64,000 nt of DNA from an uncultured Terracidiphilus sp. (GTDB lineage: Bacteria > Acidobacteriota > Terriglobia > Terriglobales > Acidobacteriaceae), in assembly GCA_964419175.1 (NCBI GenBank), contig CAYQOQ010000004.1, forward strand, positions 115 to 64,114, read 5' to 3'. The notes under the pieces were generated by a model. The model saw only the letters and a list, made by a program, of their open reading frames with translations. It had not been told where the DNA came from and made no database searches. Numbering within the stretch: the first letter of the stretch is position 1; each line of letters starts with the position of its first letter. The translations under genes and the position numbers were made by a program. Below, piece by piece: positions 47,758-57,463 of the stretch.

Positions 47758-48792
47758 TTACACACGGCGTTTCACGAGACTCGTCAGAAGAAAGCCTGCA
47801 CCCAGCATAAGCAGTCCAACTAATCCAATAAGCGGAAGAAGACTAGCTGTCTGAGGCAGGGTGGCCGAGGCCACTTCAGGCGATACAGCAACCGCAGGCA
47901 CTGCTGTTACAGTTGGCGCTGGTGTGGCCACAGGCTCCACCACAGCAACGGGCGCTGGTGCCACAACAGGCTCTACTGCAACCATAGGAACTGGTGCGAC
48001 AGCAGGCTCTGCTGCAACCGTCGGCGCAGGTGCGGGCGGAGGTACAACCGCAACCGCGGGCCCAGCAGAAACTGTGGGCTCCGTTGCAGTTACCGTCTCA
48101 GCCGTGGGCACAGATGCAACTGCAACCGTAGTCGCTGGTGCGGACGGAGAGGCAACTACGGCCGCAGGCTCTACCGCAGCAACAGGCGCTGGTGAAGCCG
48201 TAGATTCTGCGGCAACAGCAAGCGCGGGAGCAACCGCGAGAGGAGCGTCCACAATCTGGGCCAGAGCAACTGTTTCCCTGGTTGGGCCAACTGCCCCGAT
48301 CGGAGCCGTTTTTAAAACTTCGACGGACGCAGCGGCTAGAGTGACAGAGGTGGAGAGGACCGGCTCATTAGTTTCCTTTGCCAGTTGGGTGGCCCTGGGC
48401 TGTTCATAAACAACCTGGTCGCCCCATGTACGACCCGGACAGTACCAAGCCTTCAGAGCTTGCGGATCTGAGGCAGGACGATTGGTAAACATGACCGTAA
48501 TCAAGTCAGGAGCTTTCAGACGAGAGTTCGGAACTCCCACAAATGTGGTGAACACATGAGTCCCGTCCGGATTGGAGATCTGGATGATGTCCCGATCCTG
48601 GGAGGAATCGAGAGCCTTGAAGAGGTAAGTGCCCGCCGGCAGAGTCTGGGCGCCAACGCCCGGGACTTCGACAGGCACGGTGAAGGTGACAACAGTCTTA
48701 CTGCCCTGCTCGTCGGCTTTTGTTTTCGGAGCCACGAGAAGACAGAGTACGCCGAGGCACAGTGCTATTCCTATTCCCTTGAGAAGTTTCAT
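47758..48792 (-). CDS. Sortase-substrate surface protein (LPQTA sorting signal, Pro/Ala/Val-rich stalk)
   Basis: Signal peptide MKLLKGIGIALCLG, a globular N-domain (TLPAGTYLFK...ALKAWYCPG), a low-complexity linker, and TLPQTASLLPLIGLVGLLMLGAGFLLTSLVKRRV*. Confidence 0.88.
   Translation of the reverse strand: MKLLKGIGIALCLGVLCLLVAPKTKADEQGSKTVVTFTVPVEVPGVGAQTLPAGTYLFKALDSSQDRDIIQISNPDGTHVFTTFVGVPNSRLKAPDLITVMFTNRPASDPQALKAWYCPGRTWGDQVVYEQPRATQLAKETNEPVLSTSVTLAAASVEVLKTAPIGAVGPTRETVALAQIVDAPLAVAPALAVAAESTASPAPVAAVEPAAVVASPSAPATTVAVASVPTAETVTATEPTVSAGPAVAVVPPPAPAPTVAAEPAVAPVPMVAVEPVVAPAPVAVVEPVATPAPTVTAVPAVAVSPEVASATLPQTASLLPLIGLVGLLMLGAGFLLTSLVKRRV
47879..48058 (-). repeat. Degenerate 36-bp (12-aa) tandem repeat in the stalk
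   Basis: Unit starts at 47915, 47951, 47987 and 48023; peptides TVAAEPAVAPVP/MVAVEPVVAPAP/VAVVEPVATPAP/TVTAVPAVAVSP. Confidence 0.8.
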
Positions 48793-49029
48793 TTCTCTCC
48801 GCGAGTTTCTCCGACTAATTTGCACTGCGGTTATGATGCAACCTCTTTGTGTTGTCGGCTTCACGAGAAGTTGCACGCCGGGAAATCCGGCAGGCCTGGG
48901 GTTAATGGCGTGCCAATCAAGGGCCAGTCTTACGCAGTCGCCCCGGGGATTGCTGGCCAATATTGACCGCAACGCACGCAGGGCCTGCCCTCCACAGCAG
49001 CGCAGTAGGATCTACCGAAAGCACAACGT

Positions 49030-50367
49030 TCAGGCGGTCAAGATTCTGCTTGCCGCGATCTTCCCGACAGCCTGGGCGGGGAAACCCAGGTGCGCAGGTT
49101 GCGCGTGTTGGAGTTGTGCCCGCGAGAAGGAGCGCATATAAGACTGCGCCACCTGGTTCCAGACCATCTTGCGTGCGTAGAGGTAGGCTCGCTTGCGCAT
49201 CGCGAAACGTTCCGCATCGTCGTCCAGCAGCTTAATCGCCGCAGCGGCGATGGCAGCCGGATTCTCAAAGGGAACCAGCACTCCGCGTCCGTCGTCGAGG
49301 AGTTCGGCGGCGTGCCAGTAGGGCGTGGAGATGATCGCCTTGCCGGCGCCCATGGCATAGGCCAGGGTTCCCGATACAGCCTGCGCCACGTGACAGTACG
49401 GCGTGATGTAGATGTCGGCTGAACCAACCAGTGAAGCCATCTCCTGTGGGGTGACGAAGCGGTTATGAAAGATCACCTGGCGCTCAACCCCGAGTTCCCT
49501 GGCCATTGCCTGCAACTGATCCCGATATCGATCTCCCTCGCGAGCCCTGACGTGCGGGTGAGTTGCGCCCGCGATGACGTAGACAGCGTTCTTGTGGCGG
49601 GCGAGGATGCGCGGCAGGGCTTGAATCACGTTTTCGAATCCCTTGTTGGGAGAGAGCAAGCCGAAGGTGAGCAATACAAGCTTGCCCCCGATGGCGAGCG
49701 CATCTTTGTAAACCTCCGGCTCCACAAAAGGCAAGTTGGGGATGCCGTGAGGAATCAAGTCGATCTTCGCTGCTGAAACTCCAAACACATCCTGCAGAAC
49801 GCGGGCAGAGTATTCGCTCATCACAATGAGCCGATCGGCGCGGGCGGCGATCTGTAGCATGACGTTGTGCTGATCGGGATCGGGCTGACAGAGAACGGTA
49901 TGGAGCGTTGTGACTACCGGCATGGTGAGGTACCGCAGCAACTCCAGGACATGGCTGCCAGCCTTTCCACCAAAGATCCCGTACTCGTGCTGCAAACACA
50001 CCACGTCGACATTGCGCGCATTGAGAGAATGGGCGGTTGCTCTATAGGAGGCGAGGTCGTCTTCGGCGATCTGGCTCCGCACCCTCGCGGGGTAGAGGTA
50101 CGTGGATTGCGGGTCGTTGACGGCTGCCACCTGCAGGGCAGAGGCTCCGTACTCGGCGGCGATCGCATCGCACAAATCGGTGGTGAATGTTGCGATTCCA
50201 CATTGCCGGGGAAGATGATTGCCGACGACCGCGATCCGGCACGGACGTGAAGGGCTGGGCGCCGTCAGCAGGGGCAATGCCGATTCTGTTCCAAATACCG
50301 CAGGCCATTGCACGCGCCGAATCGATGTGCCCGGTTGCGCATTCGTGGTGAGATTCGATGCGGACAT
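49030..50367 (-). CDS. Glycosyltransferase family 4 protein
   Basis: RIAVVGNHLPRQCGIATFTTDL, CLQHEYGIFGG, TFGLLSPNKGFE and QAVSGTLAYAMGAGKAIISTPY. Confidence 0.9.
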   Translation of the reverse strand: MSASNLTTNAQPGTSIRRVQWPAVFGTESALPLLTAPSPSRPCRIAVVGNHLPRQCGIATFTTDLCDAIAAEYGASALQVAAVNDPQSTYLYPARVRSQIAEDDLASYRATAHSLNARNVDVVCLQHEYGIFGGKAGSHVLELLRYLTMPVVTTLHTVLCQPDPDQHNVMLQIAARADRLIVMSEYSARVLQDVFGVSAAKIDLIPHGIPNLPFVEPEVYKDALAIGGKLVLLTFGLLSPNKGFENVIQALPRILARHKNAVYVIAGATHPHVRAREGDRYRDQLQAMARELGVERQVIFHNRFVTPQEMASLVGSADIYITPYCHVAQAVSGTLAYAMGAGKAIISTPYWHAAELLDDGRGVLVPFENPAAIAAAAIKLLDDDAERFAMRKRAYLYARKMVWNQVAQSYMRSFSRAQLQHAQPAHLGFPAQAVGKIAASRILTA

Positions 50368-50431
50368 TGCGACTCCTGACTTCTAAGGATGCGGGCGGCA
50401 TTGGGTGCTGCTGCAATTGCCCAGGTGTGAA

Positions 50432-50689
50432 TTAGTGGCGAAGCGCTACGACTGTTGCCAGTGCTTCACTGGCGATGAAGAACAACAGAAAAATTGCGGC
50501 GCCGATGCCGGCCAAAAGCTTTGGAGACCTGACCTTGCCGTGTACGGGCGATTCCGTGCCCAATTCTTCTTCGCCCCTTGCGACCAACCGGAAGCCGCGC
50601 GTGAAGACAAAGCAGCCGGCGGCCGAGGCAACAAGATCTCCCATAACCGGACCGAGTCTGGAGATGCTGCGAAGAAAGTGATTCATCAT
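50432..50689 (-). CDS. Possible small membrane protein
   Basis: 85-aa ORF with two hydrophobic segments, co-oriented with its neighbours; no family recognised. Confidence 0.35.
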   Translation of the reverse strand: MMNHFLRSISRLGPVMGDLVASAAGCFVFTRGFRLVARGEEELGTESPVHGKVRSPKLLAGIGAAIFLLFFIASEALATVVALRH

Positions 50690-51418
50690 GAGCCGACTCT
50701 AATTTGGATGGTCTGATGTGGCTGGTCAATTTTGGACAGCTTGGTCAGGCCCAGCTCAATCGAGTCAAAAGAGTAAATAAGCGATGGCAGCGAAGAAGGG
50801 ATGCTGCCTTCGGAGGAATGTAGCGATGTGACCAAGCATCGCTGCCGCCGCATTTGGTGGGAGCACCAGCACACATGATGCCGCTGCGACGACAAGAACG
50901 CTGTTCACTTTTGCTCAGTCACCATTGAACGATGAGCGGCCCAGGTCATATTGTCGCCTAGCCGGAGACTGAACTCTGTTGACGAACCATTTCTCGTGCG
51001 GTGTCGACAACACTTCAACTTTGAGCAAAGAGACTGTAAGTAAACGTCATCCTGCAACCGCGGTATTGCTCTGCATATCCCACAATTTGACATTCACCTA
51101 TGGCACAGCACTTATGCCGCCCAAACACACACCACCACGAGATGGCTTCCCCTTGTTCCCGATCAATTTAGCTCAGACGATCGACGGCGTAAATGGGAAA
51201 CTAGGTCCTAACTCCGGCAAGTTTGGTTTTGACAGTCCTGTCGCCAACACTTGTGGGAACCAGTCGCACGACATTGGCGAAACGATGCGCTAAAGTGCGC
51301 AACCTTCTGCTGTCTTCGCTTCTTCACCTTGACTGTTCATTCGGTTCCTTTGACTAAGCAGACGCGCACAGCATGCATTTGGATCCATACAGTAGCACCA
51401 AGTCAACGAAGGAGACGC

Positions 51419-52156
51419 ATGGTTACCGCAACTTTCCCCGTTTCATTGCTTGAGTCAACATGTAATTTCGCAGTCTCATGCAGCCTTCCCCAAGTTCCGG
51501 CCAAACGCCGGCAAGCCGATGCTGTAGTTCGTGCCCAGACTGGCGACCATGAAGCATTCTCAGAACTTTACCTGAAGCACAAAAGACGCGTCTTCGCCAT
51601 TTGTATGCGTATGGTACGAGACTACGCGCTGGCCGAAGACCTCACCCAGGACACTTTTCTTCAGGTACACCGCAAACTTACATCCTTTCGTGGTGACTCC
51701 GCTTTCACCACTTGGCTTCACCGATTAGCCGTCAATACGGTGCTAATGCATTTGCGTAAACGCGCATTAACTGTTGTATCGCTTGATTATTTGATGGAAG
51801 ATGTCCCTGAAGAGCATGTCGGGAGAAGTTTCGGCACTCGCGATCTAATGCAAGCTGGTGTCACCGACCGTCTGGACATCGGTCGCGCCATTGATGCCAT
51901 GGCGCCCGGGTATCGCAGCATCTTCCTCCTTCATGACATCCACGGGTTCGATCATGGCGAAATTGCCTCAATGCTCAAATGCACCCGCGGCAATACAAAG
52001 TCCCAACTACACAAGGCCCGCCGGATGCTACGTGGCGTCCTCACTTCAGGAAGCGGCCCGGCTTCCCAAACAAGAGATATGTTCCTGGTGCCGAGCCAGA
52101 AGGGCGTACCAGGCCTCTCCACAAAGTCGCGAAGCTCCACCGCCTTGAGAGCTTAA
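51419..52156 (+). CDS. ECF-type RNA polymerase sigma-70 factor
   Basis: AAGGAG RBS; region 2 (AEDLTQDTFLQV...FRGDSAFTTWLHRLAVN) and region 4 (YRSIFLLHDIHGFDHGEIA...NTKSQLHKAR). Confidence 0.9.
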   Translation: MVTATFPVSLLESTCNFAVSCSLPQVPAKRRQADAVVRAQTGDHEAFSELYLKHKRRVFAICMRMVRDYALAEDLTQDTFLQVHRKLTSFRGDSAFTTWLHRLAVNTVLMHLRKRALTVVSLDYLMEDVPEEHVGRSFGTRDLMQAGVTDRLDIGRAIDAMAPGYRSIFLLHDIHGFDHGEIASMLKCTRGNTKSQLHKARRMLRGVLTSGSGPASQTRDMFLVPSQKGVPGLSTKSRSSTALRA

Positions 52157-52624
52157 TCAACAGTAATCGTGCCGGCCAAGTAACGGGAACCATCGAAGGT
52201 GCGGTCACTCTGACATAGTCTCCCTCGTGGAGTGTATGGCTTATTGGAAGCTGGGCGGAGTCAAAGAAGATTTGGTAGTGTTTATCGTCTTGAGGATCGA
52301 CAAGTATCAATGAACCGGAATGCATATCGAGAGAGGAGATGTTTCCGCCGAACACAAAGGCGGATCCTGGACTTGCCACGATCGCGATACTACTTGCGAC
52401 GCCTCGAGCCTTTCTGTCAGATTCAAATGTGAGTGAGATGAGTGTTCCCTTGAGCAGATCTGACGGTTTGGAGTGCACCGAAGACAACTCCGCGTGGCCC
52501 TCGCGAAGGATGGGCGTATTCATGGGAACAAGCAGCTTGATTGGCTCACGAGACAGGACCGTACTAACCGTTAGCTCCCTCGTATCAGGGTTGTAGTTAA
52601 GCACTCAGCCTTGTTACTCGCCAC

Positions 52625-53821
52625 TAGTACCATGACCACATGAATAGGTAATCAACATAGGTACTTGTTGGAGTCCATTGCGGGTTGTATAGCTGAAGTA
52701 TGAGCAGAGGCAAGAGACTTGAGATTGAGTTAAAGCCGCGAGACAGGCAGCAGGTAGAGAAGTTGTTGGGCGGCGGTTTGCAAGCGGTGCGCACAACCTT
52801 GCGCGCCTTGGCCTTGCGTCAGATGGATCAAGGGCACTCCACACCCGCAGTGGGCGCCAACCTGGGGCTTTCCGCCAAGGCAGTATGGCAGATCGGAAAG
52901 CGGTATATCGATGGTGGTCTAGAACGTGCGTTGTTTGATGCGTCTCGTCCTGGCAAGGCAGCCGGTCTGGATCAGCAGGAGCAGCAGCGCATTATCGCAG
53001 TTGTCTGCTCGCCGCCTCCAGAGGGGCGGGTACGCTGGACGGTGCGTCTTTTGACCGAAGAAGTTATCAAGCGCAAACTTGTTCCCCGCGTGGGCAGAGA
53101 GACCATCCGGATTCTGCTGGAAAGCCATGACCTCAAGCCATGGCGGGAAAAAAATGTGGTGCGTGGGAAAGTTGGACGAGGAGTACATCTTCAAGATGGA
53201 AGACGTGCTCAAGATATACGAAAAGCCGCTGTCAGAAAATGAGCCTCTGGTTTGCGTCGACGAAAAGCCTGTGGCGTTGCATGAGGATACGCGGCCTTCG
53301 ATTCCGATGCGGCCCGGTCGGGTTGCGAGGCGGGACTATGAGTACAAGCGCTGCGGCACCGCCAACGTCTTTTGTGGCATCGAGCCTAAGGCGGGAGTTC
53401 ATTTCACCAAAGTGACACCCACGCGCTCGTCGCCCGAGTTTGCCGAATTTATATTGGAGATCGCCGAGCACTACCCCGCCGCCGACACTATCCATCTGGT
53501 CATGGACAACTTGAGCACCCATACCCGCAAGGCATTGGTGGATCGCTTCGGCGAAGAGGTGGGCGGATGGTTGTGGGATCGCTTTACCGTTCACTACACA
53601 CCGAAGCATGGAAGTTGGCTCAACCAAGCTGAGATTGAGATTGGCATCTTCAGTCGTCAATGCCTGGGAAGACGAAGGATTGGGGATGTCTCCACACTGC
53701 GCCGCCAAGCCAAAGCCTGGAATCGCCGCACCAACCGCGACAAACTCACAATCCGGTGGCGGTTCACCAGAAAGCAGGCGCGCCTCAAGCTTAATTACTC
53801 AATCAAGCGGTCACGGTACTA
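52625..53821 (+). mobile_element. IS630-family insertion sequence with TA target duplication
   Basis: TA at 52625-26 and 53820-21; imperfect terminal IRs GTACCATGACCACATGAAT and GTACCGTGACCGCTTGATT (15/19); about 1.19 kb. Confidence 0.92.
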
Positions 53822-53822
53822 G
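52700..53822 (+). CDS. IS630 transposase encoded in two frames (HTH ORF 52700..53242; DDE ORF to 53822), joined at an A7 run
   Basis: HTH part (RWTVRLLTEE, VGRETIR) and DDE part (VCVDEKP, LVMDNLSTH, SWLNQAEIE); GAAAAAAATG at 53147-53156. Confidence 0.88.
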
Positions 53823-54231
53823 GTGATCGCGAAAGCAAATGGATACTGAGAGCAAATACGTTTGTTTCGTCAAGCACAGCCTGAACCGAACCATGGTCGT
53901 TGGAACGTAGATTCTGCAGCGGAATCCCCTTGCCATCGAGATAGACCTGAGTCCGTTCGTCAAAATAGTATTTTCATCGGCCGCTGACCGAACACTTTCA
54001 AACGAAACTCATCACACACAGAGTCCACATCCTTAACTTAGCCCCCTACGATGGTGCTCTTTCCTCGGGGCACGGACGGCAATGCGGACACATCTCTTAC
54101 CGCACTCTCAGACCTGATGCAAGTTGCGAGCCTACAATCTGTTCTGACTTTGCACCTACAACGAACATTTGGGCAATTATCACACCACCCAATATGACTA
54201 CCGTGACAGAACGATCCATTTAGCTCACTCC

Positions 54232-54790
54232 TCACTTCTTGCAAACTTGCCAGACAAGTAGTTGGATGCGTCGAGCTAGTTTCGGTCGTCGGCCTGCAGA
54301 CCGTGGGAGCGCTGGGCGTTCCTTCACAAAGTTGGTCTCCGTGCCAGTACAGATGGCGAAGAGCAACCTACTCTGAGCTTCAATGACTAGAGACCGTGGA
54401 GCGGGTCCGGTGGGAATGCTGGCCACCATCTGGAGCGAGCGACGGTCGAAGACCTTTACTTGATCAGCTAGCCCATCGGTGATGTAACCAAACTCACCAG
54501 CGTCGTCTAGTACGATAGCGTGGGCCTCGCGCAAACCACCAATCTGGCCGGACAGCTCACCTGTGTCCAAATCGATGACCTGCACCACCGGTCCGTGTGC
54601 GATGAAGAGCCGGCGGGTAACTGGGTCTACGGTCAAGTAGTCCCAGTTACCCATGCCGCCTACGATTCGGATCTACTTGATGAAGAATGGTTTTGCCGTA
54701 CAGTTCTGTGGAGGCAGGAATCTGCTGCGCCGGAAGAACGGTTGTTGCCAACAGGCAGAAGACAAAAAGGATCTTGTCCTTCGCGGGCCG
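54232..54790 (-). pseudogene. YncE-family beta-propeller pseudogene
   Basis: VLPAQQIPASTELYGK/PFFIK*IRIVGGMGNWDYLTVDPVTRRLFIAHG...IPTGPAPRSLV; one frameshift, one TAG, and truncation after about 3 blades. Confidence 0.7.
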
Positions 54791-54800
54791 CTCCTGATGA

Positions 54801-55076
54801 CTAGACCTGCCTTCGTCTCATGACCCAGCCGAGCGCTACTCCAGCCGCAATGCCTGCTGCGAATGTCACCGCTACACTCTCAACCGGATGCAACCGAAGT
54901 TGCCTCTTGGTGTCATCAAACAGCTCAGCAGCGGCATCGCCGCTTTGTTTTGCAGCACGCCGTGCCGCTCCTACGCCATCCTCAAGTGCATCCGCAACAG
55001 CGGACGCCGCCCGAGAAGCCTTGTGCGCCGTATCGGCAATTTGCTCGCCAGTATGTTCCCATGTTGATTGCGTCAT
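54801..55076 (-). CDS. ElaB/YqjD/DUF883-like tail-anchored protein
   Basis: Helical Ala-rich body, then HPVESVAVTFAAGIAAGVALGWVMRRR. Confidence 0.75.
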   Translation of the reverse strand: MTQSTWEHTGEQIADTAHKASRAASAVADALEDGVGAARRAAKQSGDAAAELFDDTKRQLRLHPVESVAVTFAAGIAAGVALGWVMRRRQV

Positions 55077-55113
55077 GATCTCTTGACCTCTCTCGTTTTC
55101 GATTTCGATTTAC

Positions 55114-55293
55114 TTATGCTCCAACAACCTTTTCGATCTTGCCGATAACATTCTCAACCTTGCCGGCGTTCTTTTCGGCTATGCCATCAGCTTCCAGCTT
55201 CGGCTTCTTCGTAAGCTCGCCCGCCTTCTGCTTGATCGCACCCTTCAATTCGTGAAGCTTACCTTCTGTCTGATCATGCGTGCTGACTTTCAT
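55114..55293 (-). CDS. csbD: CsbD-family stress protein
   Basis: MKVSTHDQTEGKLHELKGAIKQKAGELTKKPKLEADGIAEKNAGKVENVIGKIEKVVGA with a GAGGAG RBS. Confidence 0.85.
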   Translation of the reverse strand: MKVSTHDQTEGKLHELKGAIKQKAGELTKKPKLEADGIAEKNAGKVENVIGKIEKVVGA

Positions 55294-55724
55294 TGTTATC
55301 TTCTCCTCTGTTTGGTGGATGGTTTCAATTCGTCGAGATCCATTGTGACCTCCCTGCGCCTTGAGTACTTGCGGTAAGCAACGACCCTCTTTTGAAGAAT
55401 CGTCCCTGCCGAGTGTCAAGCCCTGCAGTGGCAAGTATCAAATGGCGAGGTTGGTGAATGCTGATCGCAATTGCTCAACGAATCGCGAAAAGGAGTCTTT
55501 CGATCATAGGCAGGCCCCCTTGAAGTGAAGGTCGATTCTGACCGTTGCAGACAGCAGAATACGCATAGGCTAGTTCATTTCTGCGGTTGCGCCTGTTCGG
55601 AATGACTGCGCTCGGTAGCCCAATCGGGCCTTTGCAGTTTTATCGATTGGAAGTTCCACGGGCCGCCAGGTTACCGTGTGCTTTGAGATAGCTTGAACGG
55701 CCAAAGATGTTGCGAGCCATGCGA

Positions 55725-55877
55725 TCAGACAATCCCCAGCAGATAGCAGACGAGAACGATCAGCAGCACTGTGCCAAGCCCAATGCCAGCACCTCCGCCT
55801 ACGCCCCACCGGCCATAACCGTAGTATCCTCCGCCCAGGCCGAAGACCAACACCAGAACAATAATGAGTAAGAGCAT
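55725..55877 (-). CDS. DUF3309-like small membrane protein (50 aa)
   Basis: Below the ORF-track cutoff; translated by hand as MLLLIIVLVLVFGLGGGYYGYGRWGVGGGAGIGLGTVLLIVLVCYLLGIV*, with a GGAG RBS. Confidence 0.8.
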   Translation of the reverse strand: MLLLIIVLVLVFGLGGGYYGYGRWGVGGGAGIGLGTVLLIVLVCYLLGIV

Positions 55878-55947
55878 CTCATGTCTCCATTTCTCGGGAT
55901 TCCAAATCCCAGGTTGTGTCGCTGTTTAGATCGCGCCAACGGGCTAT

Positions 55948-56148
55948 TCAAGCCCTTAGTCGCTCCGGCGTTCGCCGCACAATTTCTTCCGTCTTCTCGG
56001 CGGCTTTTGCGGAATACTCTTGAGCCCTCGCGCTCAGTTCTCCCGCGGCCTCGTCATCACCCCGGCGGTGTGCGGCAGCTGCGGCGGTGTGCGCGTGGGC
56101 GGCATAGATGTGTAAGTTTGCTGCATAGTCCTCGTTGCTTTGGGACAT
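55948..56148 (-). CDS. Small Ala/His-rich helical hypothetical protein (66 aa)
   Basis: GGAGGG RBS; MSQSNEDYAANLHIYAAHAHTAAAAAHRRGDDEAAGELSARAQEYS... Confidence 0.6.
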   Translation of the reverse strand: MSQSNEDYAANLHIYAAHAHTAAAAAHRRGDDEAAGELSARAQEYSAKAAEKTEEIVRRTPERLRA

Positions 56149-56426
56149 TCTGCCCTCCATCGTCCGGCAAACTTGATCGCCCTGACATCTGGAGTCTCCC
56201 ACGTGGTCGCTGCAGACGCTGGTCAATGGGATACAGTGCAGATGGCTCCTTGTTATTCCTCCACAATGGCCCGGCGGGCAAGCGACAATCGACTCCGCAA
56301 AATGAGTCAATCGAACCGTCCAGACACAGCGACAATGTCCGGCACCTCGATCCTGGGGGCTTGGCGGGAACTTCCATAGCGCAGAACGCATTCCCTGAGG
56401 CCGAGCGAAATGCAGTTCTGCTTTGC

Positions 56427-57176
56427 CTAGTTTCCGATGTCTTGTGTCTGCTGAACGGGCAAGCCTTTGGAGTTGGAGAAGACAGGCGGCTTCTCCGCAT
56501 TGTGATCGGGTAACTGATCGAGCAGAACAACATTGAGCAGCGACTTGTGCACCTGGATGCGGCCGTTGTAACTAATAAATCCAAGAGTACGAAAGCGATT
56601 CATGAAGAAGCTGACGCGAGACCTTGTGGTACCGATCATCTCGGCCAGGGTTTCCTGCGTGATGGGAGGAATGAAGGTCTCCGGCTCTCCCGGCTTGCCG
56701 AACTCCGCCATGAGCAGAAGGATTCGCGCCAAACGCTTTTCGCTGGAGTTGAAAAGCTGGTCGACCAAATCGGCCTGCGTCCGCATGCTGCGCTCTAGCA
56801 GGAACTTCAGGAACAGATCGGATAACGCATGTTCCTGGTGCATGACGCGGATCATCTCGTCCCTGGTGATCTTGAGCGCTGTACATCTGTTAATGGCAGT
56901 GGCCGTGGACATACGTAGCCCTGGTATTGCCGCGAGCGCTCCCTCGCCCACAAAGTCACCGGCGGAGAGCAGAGTGATTGTTGCCTCCTTACCGGTTTGC
57001 GAAACGACGGTAAGCCTTGCCCGGCCACGCTGAAGATAATAGATGGAATCGGCCGGATCTCCCTGGGAGAAGAAGTTCTCCTTCTCATTCAATTCGACGA
57101 TTCTTCGTCCCAGGCCGGCGTTCGCAAGAAATCCTACAAGGTCAAACATGGAACTGCTTTTATCGGTTGTGCTCAT
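56427..57176 (-). CDS. Crp/Fnr-family transcriptional regulator
   Basis: cNMP-binding-like domain (FSQGDPADSIYY, AGDFVGE), FNSSEKRLARILLL, and HTH ITQETLAEMIGTTRSRVSFFMNRFR. Confidence 0.92.
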   Translation of the reverse strand: MSTTDKSSSMFDLVGFLANAGLGRRIVELNEKENFFSQGDPADSIYYLQRGRARLTVVSQTGKEATITLLSAGDFVGEGALAAIPGLRMSTATAINRCTALKITRDEMIRVMHQEHALSDLFLKFLLERSMRTQADLVDQLFNSSEKRLARILLLMAEFGKPGEPETFIPPITQETLAEMIGTTRSRVSFFMNRFRTLGFISYNGRIQVHKSLLNVVLLDQLPDHNAEKPPVFSNSKGLPVQQTQDIGN

Positions 57177-57463
57177 GGACCCTCCTTCGAGGCAGTTCGG
57201 GGGCAGATTGCTAGACTACTGCAGGTTGATCGAAGACCATCGGAGGGGTGCTTCAAAGATCAAGAGCAGAACACCTTTCGCAATCTCACGCCAACGGAGG
57301 GTGGTGAAGCTACACTTCTGCAGCCTGCATTTAGTTTGCCGCGCATGGAATTGTTAGACTATCGGGGATGCTGCTAAAAATTGGGGGCTTTGTCCGGGAA
57401 ACCCTTACAAATAGCGCATTCTGAACCTCTATAGGCAAAGAAGGACGGCTGGAAATGAACTCC

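Larger units (their letters stand above)
52153..54219 (-). pseudogene. Exported OB-repeat (DUF5666-like, tentative) gene interrupted by IS630 and carrying several stops and frameshifts
   Basis: Removing the IS rejoins ...DETNVFALSIHLLSRSP|SGE*QG*VLNYNPDTRELTV... in frame. Further lesions lie at IVGG*VKD, KILF/DERTQ and VTA/TFDGSRYLAGTITVD*. Confidence 0.75.

Noticed and set aside
47879-48058. CRISPR array
   Set aside because: The 36-bp period is a contiguous, degenerate, in-frame coding repeat without unique spacers; no cas genes are present.
50690-51250. Short ORFs upstream of the ECF sigma factor as an anti-sigma gene or pseudogene
   Set aside because: Fragments are stop-riddled and I could not match them to any family.
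56057-56584. 175-aa Cys-rich ORF as a zinc-finger protein
   Set aside because: It overlaps Crp and the 66-aa gene in other frames; the Cys spacing is not a convincing motif.
57224-57262. TTGATC...GATCAA as an Fnr box upstream of crp
   Set aside because: The half-sites are separated by about 26 nt, not the 4 nt required.
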